Assembly: GCA_017428635.1 (NCBI GenBank)
Contig: JAFRQK010000027.1
Span: 6,748-70,747, forward strand
Source: Clostridia bacterium
GTDB lineage: Bacteria; Bacillota; Clostridia; Oscillospirales; CAG-272
Direction: 5' to 3'
DNA: 64,000 nucleotides
Shown: positions 18,782 through 27,700 of the stretch, piece after piece
How the letters are laid out: every line of letters starts with the position of its first letter
Numbering within the stretch: the first letter of the stretch is position 1
Translations under genes and position numbers: made by a program
Notes under the pieces: generated by a model
The model's database searches: none
Told to the model about the DNA's origin: nothing
Seen by the model: only the letters and a program-made list of their open reading frames with translations

Positions 18782-20167
18782 TCAGTTATCTTCCTCTCTC
18801 GCGACATTCATCATGATCGCGCATTCGAGACGGTGGCGGAAGAGGCGGCAGCCGTATTCGTACACGCCGGCGATGTCGCCGGTGGCGTGGTAGGCGTTGG
18901 CGGCGCATCCGCCCGCGCACCAGAGGCGCGCCCAGCAGTCGGCGCACTCGGGATGAGAATAGACGCCGCAGGAGCGGAACTTTTCGGAAAGGGCGGGATC
19001 CTTCACGCCCTCGAAGACGTTGCCGAGAGAGTAGTCTGGGTCGTTTACGAACTGGTGGCAGGGGAACAGTTCACCCCACGGCGTCACCGCCATGTACTCG
19101 AATCCCGAGCCGCACCCGGTTATCCTTTTGTAGATGCAGGGCCCTTCGGTCAGGTCGATCATATAGTGATAGAACGTGATCGGGTCGCCCTCTTTTTCGC
19201 GTTTCAGCATCTCGCGGGCGAGGATATCGTACTGCTCGAACAGGACGGGCAGATCGTCCTCGGTGAGGGCGTACGGATCGCCGGGTTTACAGACGACCGG
19301 CTCCATGGAGAGTTCCCTGAAACCGAGGTCCGCCATGTGGAAGAGGTCCTCGGTGAAATCCGTATTCATGTGCGTGAACGTGCCGCGAACGTAATACGAC
19401 AGCCCGCCGCGCTTCTCTACGAACCGCTGAAATTTCGGGACGATCTCGTCGTAACTGCCGCGGCCGTCGTAAAACCGTCTGAACCGGTCGTGGACCTCGC
19501 GCCGCCCGTCGAGGGACAGAACGACGTTGTTCATCTCGCGGTTGCAGTATTCGGTCACCTCGTCGTCGAGCAGGACGCCGTTCGTCGTCAGCGTGAAGCG
19601 GAAGTTCTTTCCCGCCCTCTTTTCGACCGACCGCGCGTATGCGACGGTCCTCTTCACGACGTCGAAGTTCATCAGCGGCTCGCCGCCGAAGAAGTCGACC
19701 TCGAGATTGCGCCGCGTACCGGAATTCTTGATCAGAAAGTCGATCGCCGCTTTTGCGACCTCGAAACTCATAAGAGCGGGCTTCTTTCCCGTGGGGTCGC
19801 CCGAGTACTTGCCCTGCGCCGCGAAGCAGTATTCGCAGTTCAGGTTGCAAGTGTGCGCGACGTGCAGACAGAGCGCCTTGACGGGGCTCTTTTCGTCCTT
19901 CGGCTCAAGGTCGCGGAATTCATCCTCCGAGAAGAGAGTCCCCGCGGCTTTGAGTTCTTCGACGTCCGCGATGCACTCGCGGATCTCGTCTTCCGTCACG
20001 TCGGGGCGGCCGCCGTACTTTTCGAGAAGCGCCGTGACGATTTCGCTCTCCGTTTTTTTCTCAAAAAGGGAGATCACGTCGTACGCGACCTCGTCGAGCG
20101 AGTGGACCGAGCCTGACGCGGGATCGACCGCGATATAATATCCGTTGCTTTCAAACAGATGTACCAT
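18782..20167 (-). CDS. scfB: Radical SAM/SPASM thioether-forming SCIFF peptide maturase
   Basis: CX3CX2C motif HTCNLNCEYCF. C-terminal SPASM Cys clusters (CGSGFEYMAV..., CADCWARLWCAGGC). Located directly downstream of a SCIFF precursor gene. I prefer ATG 20167 (GGAGGG upstream) over the track's TTG at 20182. Confidence 0.85.
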   Translation of the reverse strand: MVHLFESNGYYIAVDPASGSVHSLDEVAYDVISLFEKKTESEIVTALLEKYGGRPDVTEDEIRECIADVEELKAAGTLFSEDEFRDLEPKDEKSPVKALCLHVAHTCNLNCEYCFAAQGKYSGDPTGKKPALMSFEVAKAAIDFLIKNSGTRRNLEVDFFGGEPLMNFDVVKRTVAYARSVEKRAGKNFRFTLTTNGVLLDDEVTEYCNREMNNVVLSLDGRREVHDRFRRFYDGRGSYDEIVPKFQRFVEKRGGLSYYVRGTFTHMNTDFTEDLFHMADLGFRELSMEPVVCKPGDPYALTEDDLPVLFEQYDILAREMLKREKEGDPITFYHYMIDLTEGPCIYKRITGCGSGFEYMAVTPWGELFPCHQFVNDPDYSLGNVFEGVKDPALSEKFRSCGVYSHPECADCWARLWCAGGCAANAYHATGDIAGVYEYGCRLFRHRLECAIMMNVAREEDN

Positions 20168-20184
20168 TTGCCCTCCGTACAAAC

Positions 20185-20217
20185 CGCCGCCGAGCGATCA
20201 GAGATCGACCGGCGGCG
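20185..20217 (-). promoter_or_regulatory. Intercistronic stem-loop between scfA and scfB
   Basis: CGCCGCCG/CGGCGGCG outer stem with a CGATC-AGA-GATCG inner stem. On the minus strand it is followed by GTTTGT and then the scfB RBS. Confidence 0.5.
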
Positions 20218-20235
20218 ATTTCGGGTTTTTCGTTT

Positions 20236-20382
20236 TTACTTCTTGCTATTCTCGCACTTCTGATTTGCGACGCCGCAGGAGGTCTTGCAGGCGGACTGGC
20301 AGGAGGTCTGGCACTCGCCGCATCCTCCGCACCTAACGCTCTTCTTGAGATCTCTCGTGGCAACAGTTTTTATTCTTTTCAT
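20236..20382 (-). CDS. scfA: SCIFF (six-cysteines-in-forty-five) ranthipeptide precursor, 48 aa; not in the ORF track
   Basis: My translation of the minus strand: MKRIKTVATRDLKKSVRCGGCGECQTSCQSACKTSCGVANQKCENSKK. RBS AAGAGGAGG lies 7 nt upstream of the ATG at 20382. The core GGCGECQTSCQSACKTSC is the family signature. Confidence 0.85.
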   Translation of the reverse strand: MKRIKTVATRDLKKSVRCGGCGECQTSCQSACKTSCGVANQKCENSKK

Positions 20383-20434
20383 TGTAACCGCCTCCTCTTT
20401 CAATGCGGCGACGCCGCACTTTTCTTACTCGAAA

Positions 20435-20464
20435 ATTATATCATACGCGCCGAATACTTGTCAA
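20435..20464 (-). promoter_or_regulatory. Consensus promoter of scfA (TTGACA-18 nt-TATAAT, with a TGn extension)
   Basis: Minus strand: -35 at 20464-20459 and -10 at 20440-20435, preceded by TGA. Confidence 0.65.
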
Positions 20465-20474
20465 TAGACGCGGG

Positions 20475-21887
20475 TCATTTTTCGACGGCGTATACGCTGT
20501 CATCTTCGACCCCGACTACGCGGATCCCCGATCTTTGCGCCTCGCGGATCTCGCGGACGGATTCGCCGGCGATCCTCTCGCCGGGCGTCACTATCGGTAC
20601 TCCGGGCGGGTAGGCGAAGACGTATCCCGCAGAGACTTTTCCCCCCGCTTCTCCGAGCGGCACGGAAACGCGCCTTTTTGCCGTCGCCTCGCGCGCCGTC
20701 ATGACGCGTTCCGGGATAAAGACGGTTTTGTCCGGGGCGGCGGGCTCGCGCTTTTCGGCCGTACGGTCGACTTCAATGATCGCGTCCGCAAACCGGCGGA
20801 GCGATTCTTCACCGTCTCCCTCGCCGGTCATCGCGAGGACGCCGTAAGGGTAGACCGCCTCGGTCTCGACTTTCAGGTCGCGCAGCGCTTTTGCGATCGT
20901 CTCTCCGCGGATCCCCGCGCCGTGCGAGTCGATATATATCTTCGACGGATCCGCGCCGAAAACGGCGGGATCGCCCGGCAGATCGGGAACGGCGAGCGTC
21001 CCGAGCGCTTTGAGCCTTTTTTTCGTCTCCGTCACGGCTTTGAGCCAGCGGGAGAGGGATCTGCCGCGCCCTTCGAGGAGCGAGCGTACCTCGCCGTCGA
21101 TCGACGCGATGAGCAGATAAGAGGGTGAACTCGTTCCGAATACCGCCATGCGGCGGCGTATCTCCGCGCGGTCGACAAGGCCGCCCGAGACGGACAGCGC
21201 CGCCGTCTGCGTGAGAGAGCGCAGCGTTTTGTGCAGCGAGTGAACGGCGACGTCCGCCCCGCACCCGACCGCGCCCTCGGGGAATACCCCGAACAGACCG
21301 AGATGAGCGCCGTGCGCCTCGTCGACGATCACGGGGACTCCCCGACGGTGCGCCGCCCCGCATATCCCGCGGATATCCGAGATCACGCCTTCGTAAGTCG
21401 GAGACGTGACGATCACGGCGGAGGCGTCGGGATGCGCGTCGAGCGCGTCCGCGACCGATCCCGGCGTGACGGAACCCCAAAGGCCGCACTCCGTTTTTGG
21501 CGGGGCGATAAAGACGGGGGCCGCGCCCGCGATTTCCAGCGCGTGATAAACGGATCTGTGACAGTTCCGCGCGACGATCGCCGGCTTTCCCTCGCGGCAG
21601 AGCGCGGTGACGGCGGAGAGCACGCACGACGTGCTTCCGTTCACCGAGTAAAGGACTTCGTCCGAGCCCCAAAGGGCCGCGGCGAGCCGCTCCGACTCCG
21701 CGATGATACCGCGCGGGTCGCCCAGATCGTCGAATCCGTCGATCTCGGTTATATCGACCGACGCGGCGGGAAGCGAAAGATAAGGCGCGGAGGCGTTTCT
21801 CTTGTGCCCGGGCATGTGCATCGGCAGAACGCCCGACGCCGCGTATTCCGCAAGCCGTTCGGCGATGGATTTTTTGTCTTTGTCCAT
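20475..21887 (-). CDS. PLP-dependent Orn/Lys/Arg decarboxylase family protein (COG1982-like)
   Basis: 470 aa. N-terminal MHMPGHKRN. PLP-lysine context HSLHKTL. Fold-type I layout. Confidence 0.8.
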   Translation of the reverse strand: MDKDKKSIAERLAEYAASGVLPMHMPGHKRNASAPYLSLPAASVDITEIDGFDDLGDPRGIIAESERLAAALWGSDEVLYSVNGSTSCVLSAVTALCREGKPAIVARNCHRSVYHALEIAGAAPVFIAPPKTECGLWGSVTPGSVADALDAHPDASAVIVTSPTYEGVISDIRGICGAAHRRGVPVIVDEAHGAHLGLFGVFPEGAVGCGADVAVHSLHKTLRSLTQTAALSVSGGLVDRAEIRRRMAVFGTSSPSYLLIASIDGEVRSLLEGRGRSLSRWLKAVTETKKRLKALGTLAVPDLPGDPAVFGADPSKIYIDSHGAGIRGETIAKALRDLKVETEAVYPYGVLAMTGEGDGEESLRRFADAIIEVDRTAEKREPAAPDKTVFIPERVMTAREATAKRRVSVPLGEAGGKVSAGYVFAYPPGVPIVTPGERIAGESVREIREAQRSGIRVVGVEDDSVYAVEK

Positions 21888-21896
21888 ATGATCAGA

Positions 21897-24653
21897 TTAG
21901 TAACGACCTATCTTTTCAAAGTGAAAATCATTATGACCTGCGTCCGCCTTTACACGGTAGTCACCGATCGTCGGATTGATGAAATACGGGTTTTCGTCGA
22001 TACCGTATACCTCGTTGTCTTCCAGTCTGGTGAATTCCGGGCTCTGGCTGTAAACGCGGATCTCCTTGCTGCTGTTGATGAACACGTTGCCCGTCACCAG
22101 AGCGACCGGCGCGAAAGCGAAGTTTTCATCCTCGGGATTCAGGAAATCGAAACTGAAAGTCGAAGCGCCCGGCCTGCGCGCCTCAAGTTCTTCTTTGTAA
22201 CCCGGGACGGTGTCGCAGTAATTTCGGATAGTGTTCCAGAATCCGAGCCACATACTCATCGGCCACACGTTCTTCGCATCGTTCCCCGATTCCAGAACGG
22301 ACGGAACGTTCGAGGAATACCCGACGCCGCTGGAAACGAAGAAGTTATCGATCACGTTGTTGTCGCGTCCGCCGCCTGCCACGGTGATATCCCCGGAATG
22401 ATAGAAGAGATTGCAGAAGTCCGTGGTCCCGCAGTCGCCGAGATCCGAGTACTGAGCCATTCTGCCTACGGTTCCCGTCGGGACCCGGTTGACGAGGTTG
22501 TATCTCACAACGGAGTTGGCGTCCATACCGAGAGCGGAGCGGATAACGCCTCCGTCCTCGGAGTTGGTCATGACGCTGTCGAAGTTGTTGTATTCTACCA
22601 CGAGGTCGCAGGAGTAATCAAGCATGACGCCGTAACGGTGGCATTCCACGAAATCGCAGTGGGAGATAACGCCCTTAGTGCACTTGAAGAGATTGCACGC
22701 GCCCTCGACGTCGTATTCGAGATTCGTTCGTGAGAATAAGCAGTTGTCAACGGTGACGTTGCTTATGTTCGTGTATCTCTCGGGACCCGTCGCCACGTCC
22801 ATGACGTAAACCGCGCATCCGACCGAATAATCAAATTCGCTGTTTTTGATCGTGAGATCCATCGGGACGCCGTCGAGCGAATACTCGAAGAGCATATGGT
22901 TCCTTCCGGTCGAATAACTGAACGAGCATCTGTCGAGCGTGATCCCCGACGTTTTATATCCGAAGATAAAACCTCCGGCGGCGTTTTCAAAATCAAGGCC
23001 GAGAAGGGTGATATATCCCACGTTTCTCGCGTCGATCACGACGTACTCGGGTACCGGGGGCAGGCCGTCGCCCGCGTCGTACGGATCGCCGCGGAGCAGT
23101 ATTTCGCCTTTCCCGCCGGGGGCGCGGTAATCGCCGATCGGATCGTAAACGTAGAGCGTACCGGTCGATCTGTCGACCCAGTACTCGTGCATAAAGTCAA
23201 GTTCACGGGGTATGTTGAGGATACTCAGCTCGATCCCGACCCCGTCGACGCCCTGCCATCCTTCTCTCATCTCGTGGAACTCGGACGTTTCGGGATTGGC
23301 GATCACGAGGACGCCCGTGTCGGGATCGAAAGAGGCCGTTCTGAATACGTCTTTTCTGTACCCGCGGATGATATATCCGTAAATACGCATTTCGGAGATC
23401 TCTTCCTCCGAGCATTTTGCGATCTTTCCCGCTATGACCGGATTCGTGATCAGAAGCGAGACCTTGTCGTTCGTACGCCCGGATTTCATGAAAGAATCGG
23501 AGCCGTCCTCCCGTCTGTTGGGGAAACGAGCGACGTTCTGGATCGCCCCGTCGCCGTAGAGGACGAAATCGTCATATGCGGGTATCTCGTCGTAAAATGA
23601 ATTGAGATCGACTTTTTTGATTTTTTCCGCAGCCTTTTCGGTGAACATCGCCTTTTCATCCTCGGCGAGTTCCTCGAAAGCGCTCTCGGGGATCGTCACG
23701 CCGTTGTCGAACACGACGTCGCCGTCGCCGTATTTGCAGTAAATAACGGGACACTCGGGCGTTCCGGAATCCGCTTCCGTAAGATCGATATGAACGGGGC
23801 CGTATCTGCCCGCCTTGAACGCGACTTTAACGCATCCTTTTTCCGCCGTTTTGGGCACGCCGCGCACCGCCTCGACCGCTTTTTCGAAGGTGCCGAAGGG
23901 ATGCTCGAAGGAGCCGTCGTTTTCATCGGACCCCGTCGTCGAAACGTAGAAGTCCGCGTCCGTCACGAGCGGGTATTCGGGTTCGGTATAGTGCGATCTC
24001 ACGACCGGTCTGTTGTACACCAGTTTGAAAGTGTTGTCGTATCTCTCGATGATCGCCGCGAACTGCTCGCGCGTGGCTTTTCCGTCGGGCGCAAGTTTGT
24101 TGCCGCCCGTGCCGTTGATAAGGCCGGCTTCGACCGCCCACTTCATCGCCTCGTCAGCCCAGCCGCTGACTTTTTCACCGTCTTCATAAGACGAAAGGTC
24201 GGCGCGTTCCGGTACGGATACCGGCGCGGTCGCGGAGAAACGGAAGAGCATCGTTCCGAGCTGTTCTCTGGTGATATACGAGTTCGGGCCGAACGTCTTA
24301 TCGGTGAGCCCGTTGACGATACCCGTTTCCTTCGCCCACGCAACGGCGTCGGTGTACCACTTGCCATCGGGCACGTCCTCGAATCCGCTCGGAGCGGAGG
24401 GCGCGGGAGATCCCTCGCGACGCCACAGGACGGTGGCGACCATCGCGCGTGTCAGGGGACCCTTGGGATCGAACAGCCCGTCGCCGACGCCGTTCATATA
24501 TCCGTTTTCGACGGCATATTTGATCGAAGACGCGCTCCAGCGTCCGTCGTCAACGTCGGAAAACGTCTGTTTAGCCGCGGACGCGGGTATCGCGGCGAAT
24601 ATCGCCGACGCGAGCATCATAATTGCAAGGATGGCGGAGAGCAGTTTTTTCAT
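21897..24653 (-). CDS. Secreted protein: three N-terminal SLH repeats + right-handed parallel beta-helix (DUF1565/pectate-lyase-fold) module
   Basis: Signal peptide MKKLLSAILAIMMLASAIFAAIPASA. SLH repeats FSDVDDGRWSASSIKYAVENGYMNG, FEDVPDGKWYTDAVAWAKETGIVNG, and others. Module start DADFYVSTTGSDENDGSFEHPFGTFEKAVEAV. Paralogous to module 2 of the next gene. Confidence 0.75.
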   Translation of the reverse strand: MKKLLSAILAIMMLASAIFAAIPASAAKQTFSDVDDGRWSASSIKYAVENGYMNGVGDGLFDPKGPLTRAMVATVLWRREGSPAPSAPSGFEDVPDGKWYTDAVAWAKETGIVNGLTDKTFGPNSYITREQLGTMLFRFSATAPVSVPERADLSSYEDGEKVSGWADEAMKWAVEAGLINGTGGNKLAPDGKATREQFAAIIERYDNTFKLVYNRPVVRSHYTEPEYPLVTDADFYVSTTGSDENDGSFEHPFGTFEKAVEAVRGVPKTAEKGCVKVAFKAGRYGPVHIDLTEADSGTPECPVIYCKYGDGDVVFDNGVTIPESAFEELAEDEKAMFTEKAAEKIKKVDLNSFYDEIPAYDDFVLYGDGAIQNVARFPNRREDGSDSFMKSGRTNDKVSLLITNPVIAGKIAKCSEEEISEMRIYGYIIRGYRKDVFRTASFDPDTGVLVIANPETSEFHEMREGWQGVDGVGIELSILNIPRELDFMHEYWVDRSTGTLYVYDPIGDYRAPGGKGEILLRGDPYDAGDGLPPVPEYVVIDARNVGYITLLGLDFENAAGGFIFGYKTSGITLDRCSFSYSTGRNHMLFEYSLDGVPMDLTIKNSEFDYSVGCAVYVMDVATGPERYTNISNVTVDNCLFSRTNLEYDVEGACNLFKCTKGVISHCDFVECHRYGVMLDYSCDLVVEYNNFDSVMTNSEDGGVIRSALGMDANSVVRYNLVNRVPTGTVGRMAQYSDLGDCGTTDFCNLFYHSGDITVAGGGRDNNVIDNFFVSSGVGYSSNVPSVLESGNDAKNVWPMSMWLGFWNTIRNYCDTVPGYKEELEARRPGASTFSFDFLNPEDENFAFAPVALVTGNVFINSSKEIRVYSQSPEFTRLEDNEVYGIDENPYFINPTIGDYRVKADAGHNDFHFEKIGRY

Positions 24654-24683
24654 AATACGGTTTCCTTTCGTAATGCGCCGTAG

Positions 24684-24705
24684 GGAGGCATGCCCGCATG
24701 CCTCC
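24684..24705 (-). other. GC-rich hairpin just upstream of the RBS of the 21897-24653 gene
   Basis: GGAGGCATGC-CC-GCATGCCTCC. Sibling of the hairpin at 24763-24786. Confidence 0.5.
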
Positions 24706-24762
24706 TCGTAAGATACCCGGTATCTCCGAGAGAATAAAGGTGAAACCTTTGGCTGAAATTAA

Positions 24763-24786
24763 GGAGGCATCGGGGGAGATGCCTCC
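24763..24786 (-). terminator. Hairpin following the stop codon of the 1609-aa gene (probable partial terminator)
   Basis: GGAGGCATC-GGGGGA-GATGCCTCC. On the minus strand it is followed by TTAATTTC. Confidence 0.5.
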
Positions 24787-24798
24787 CTGTGCCTATTG

Positions 24799-27700
24799 TC
24801 AATAACGGCCTATTTTTTCAAATTGAATATCCTTGATATCCGCGCCGGCTTTGATACGGTAATCGCCTGCGGTCGGGTTGACGAAGAACGGGTTTTCGTC
24901 GAGCGTGTACCCGCGCAGGCCGCCGATCGTGACGTATTTGATTTGATATTTATCCGTCAGTTCGTCGACGGCTCCGGTATTGTTTATATAAACGTTGTCG
25001 ACTATGGTATTCACGGGGTTGAAGACGAAGTTCGGGTCGTCCATGTTGTCGTAGTCGAAGTGATAATCGAGGACCTCCGGAGACCAAATCTCGACGCCCG
25101 CTCTGTATTCCGGATATTTGTCGATATTCTCGAAGAGCGTAGTATACGCTTTCAGCGCCTTCCTGACGTCTCCGTCTTTGAGGCCCTGCTCGATGCCCTC
25201 CGCCTCAAAAACGGATCGGTGTCCGTTGCTCAGAACGGCGCCTACCTTGTCGATGAAAACGTTGTCGTGAACGACGTTGTCGCGGCCTAGGTGGAGCATA
25301 ACGGGACAAGCGGCGTAGTAAAACAGATTTTCGTATATATCGACCCCGGCGGTGTTGTCGTCCACGTAGTACCCGAACGTGCCCGTCCCGTCCGGGGGCA
25401 TATAGTTGAAGAAGTTGTGACAGACTTTTATGTGGCGGCCGTCGACGTTGCCGTTTGAGTAGACCGCTCCGCCGTCCTCGGAGTTGATCATCACGGAATC
25501 GAAGTCGTTGTACTCGATCAGTACGTTGTACGATTTACTGAACGAGACGGCGCCGCGCGAGGAGTGGACGAAACTGTTGTGCGTAACGGTAAGATCGTTG
25601 TTGTACGGGAAATCGACGGCGTTTTCAACGTCGTAGACCAGGTTGGACGATCTGACGAGATTGTTGTCGAACAGAACGTTCGCGTGTTTCGTATAGCGAT
25701 CGGCGTCGGCGCACCGTCCGTTGACGTAAGCCGACGCGCCGTAAGCGCAGGAGAATTCGCTGTTCGTGATCGCGATATCGAACGATCTCTCTTTTGAACA
25801 GTTGTAAATGCGGACGCCCGCGGTCGAGCTGACGCCTTTGAATTCACAGAGATCTATCGTTATGCCGTGGCTCATTTCCGCGCCGATGAACTGACCGGTC
25901 GTATTGCGGAAAGACAGACCGCGGAACGTGATATCGTCGGTATGATCCATCGAGATCATCGTTCCCTCTGCGGGAATGTGATATTCTCCGTTCGGATTGA
26001 AGAAATAGATCGTTCCGGTTTCGTCGTCGACCCAGTATTCGTCCTTGGCGTCGAGTTCGTACGGTACGTCGAGGATGCAAAGCTTGATGCCGTTTCCGTC
26101 GGCGCCTCTCCATCCCGATCTCATAACGCCGAATTCGGAAGTTTCCCAGTTCGCGATCTCCAGAACGCCGGTATTCGGGTCGAATGACGCCGCTTTGAAC
26201 GTGTCTTTCCTGTACCCGCGGATTATGTATCCGTAGATTTTCATTTTTGCGACGGTCTCGGGAGAGTAACTCGCGAGCCTTCTTACGAGCATTGGATGGG
26301 TGATCTGAAGCGCGGTCGAGCTGAACGTCTCTCCGGACGCAAAAAGCTGATCGGCGCCGTCTTCGTGTTTGTTCGGGTATCTTGCGACCGTGCAGATCCA
26401 GTCGTCGGAGAAGACGAACAGAGTATCTTTATCGAGGCCCTTATCAAACAGGGAAGAGATATCGCATTTTTTGATCTTGTCGGCGGCCTTGTTATTGAAT
26501 AGCGCGCGGTCGCTCTCGTCGAGGTCGGAGAACGAATCGGGCGTCAGGTCGATACCGTTGTTGAACACGACGTCGCCGTCCCCGTATTTACAGTAGATGA
26601 CGGGGCACTCGGGCGTTCCGGAGTCCTCGGCGGTCATGGAAACGCGGAGAGTGCCGTACTCGCCTGCCATGAAAGCGACTTTGACGCCGCCTTTCTCGGC
26701 TGTTTTCGGGATCGCCCTCACCGCCTCGACCGCTTTGTTCATCGTTCTGAACGGATGAGCGAGGGAGCCGTCGTTGCTGTCTGATCCCGTTGTGCTGACG
26801 TAGAAATCCGCGTCGGTGACGAGGGGATAATCCTTTTCGGTGTACCGGCTGACGATCACGGGAGGATTGTAAACGAGAGGTTCGGGTTCCGGCTCCGGTT
26901 CCGGCGCGGGGACGGGATACCGTCCGATCTTTTCAAAGTGATAATCCGGGAAGTCGACGCCTTCGCGGAGCGAATAGTCGCCCGCCGTCGGGTTGACGAA
27001 CATCGGGTTTTCCGCCGTCGTGTATCCTACGTTGTTTTCTATCGTCGAGTATTTGGAGATCGTCTCGTCGTACTCGCCGACGGCTCCTGCACGGTTGATC
27101 TCGACGTTGCCCGTGATAACGAGCGAGGAGTTCATGCAGAACTCGGGCTTCTGCCAGTCGTCAAGGTCGAGGGAGATGTCAAAGTAGCCGGGCCACATTT
27201 CGGCGGCCTGCGCCTTGACGTCCGGATGGCTGTCAAAATATTCGAACGCGTTCTTCCATCTTTTGTAGAACTCGGTCGAGAGGATCCCGTCGGGCGTACC
27301 CGCCGCCATATTCTCTTCCGTAATGAGCGTCGCTTCTGTCCTGTACGCGCATCCGGTCCCGTAGTTTTCGCGGGGTTGAATGATGACGTTGTTTTTGAAA
27401 ACGTTGTACTTGCTGATGCCGTTGTTCAGCGCGGTACAGTCGACGTTGTAGAAGATATTCGATTCGACCGTCGTTCCCGCTGTGTCGTCGAGGTAAAGCG
27501 AATTTCTTCCGTTCGTTCCGCCTCCGATATTCATGAACAGGTTGTATCTGACTATATTACCGCAGCAGTCGACGGAATTCCAGTTGTTCATCGCTCCGGT
27601 GTCGTCGCCGTTGTAGCAGACCTCGTCGAGAACGTTGTACTCGGCGATCATATTCGAGGCCCCGCGGAAATCGATGCCCTCCCAGAAGCACTTTTTGAAA

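Noticed and set aside
18746-20116. 456-aa plus-strand ORF overlapping the SCIFF maturase gene
   Set aside because: The opposite strand encodes a protein with clear radical SAM and SPASM motifs. The plus-strand product has none and is compositionally biased.
20151-20363. 70-aa track ORF in the scfA region
   Set aside because: Wrong reading frame of the SCIFF precursor gene. The correct frame (20382-20236) has an RBS and the family signature.
21231-22733. 500-aa plus-strand ORF spanning the decarboxylase / SLH gene junction
   Set aside because: It crosses two well-supported minus-strand genes. Arg-rich shadow frame.
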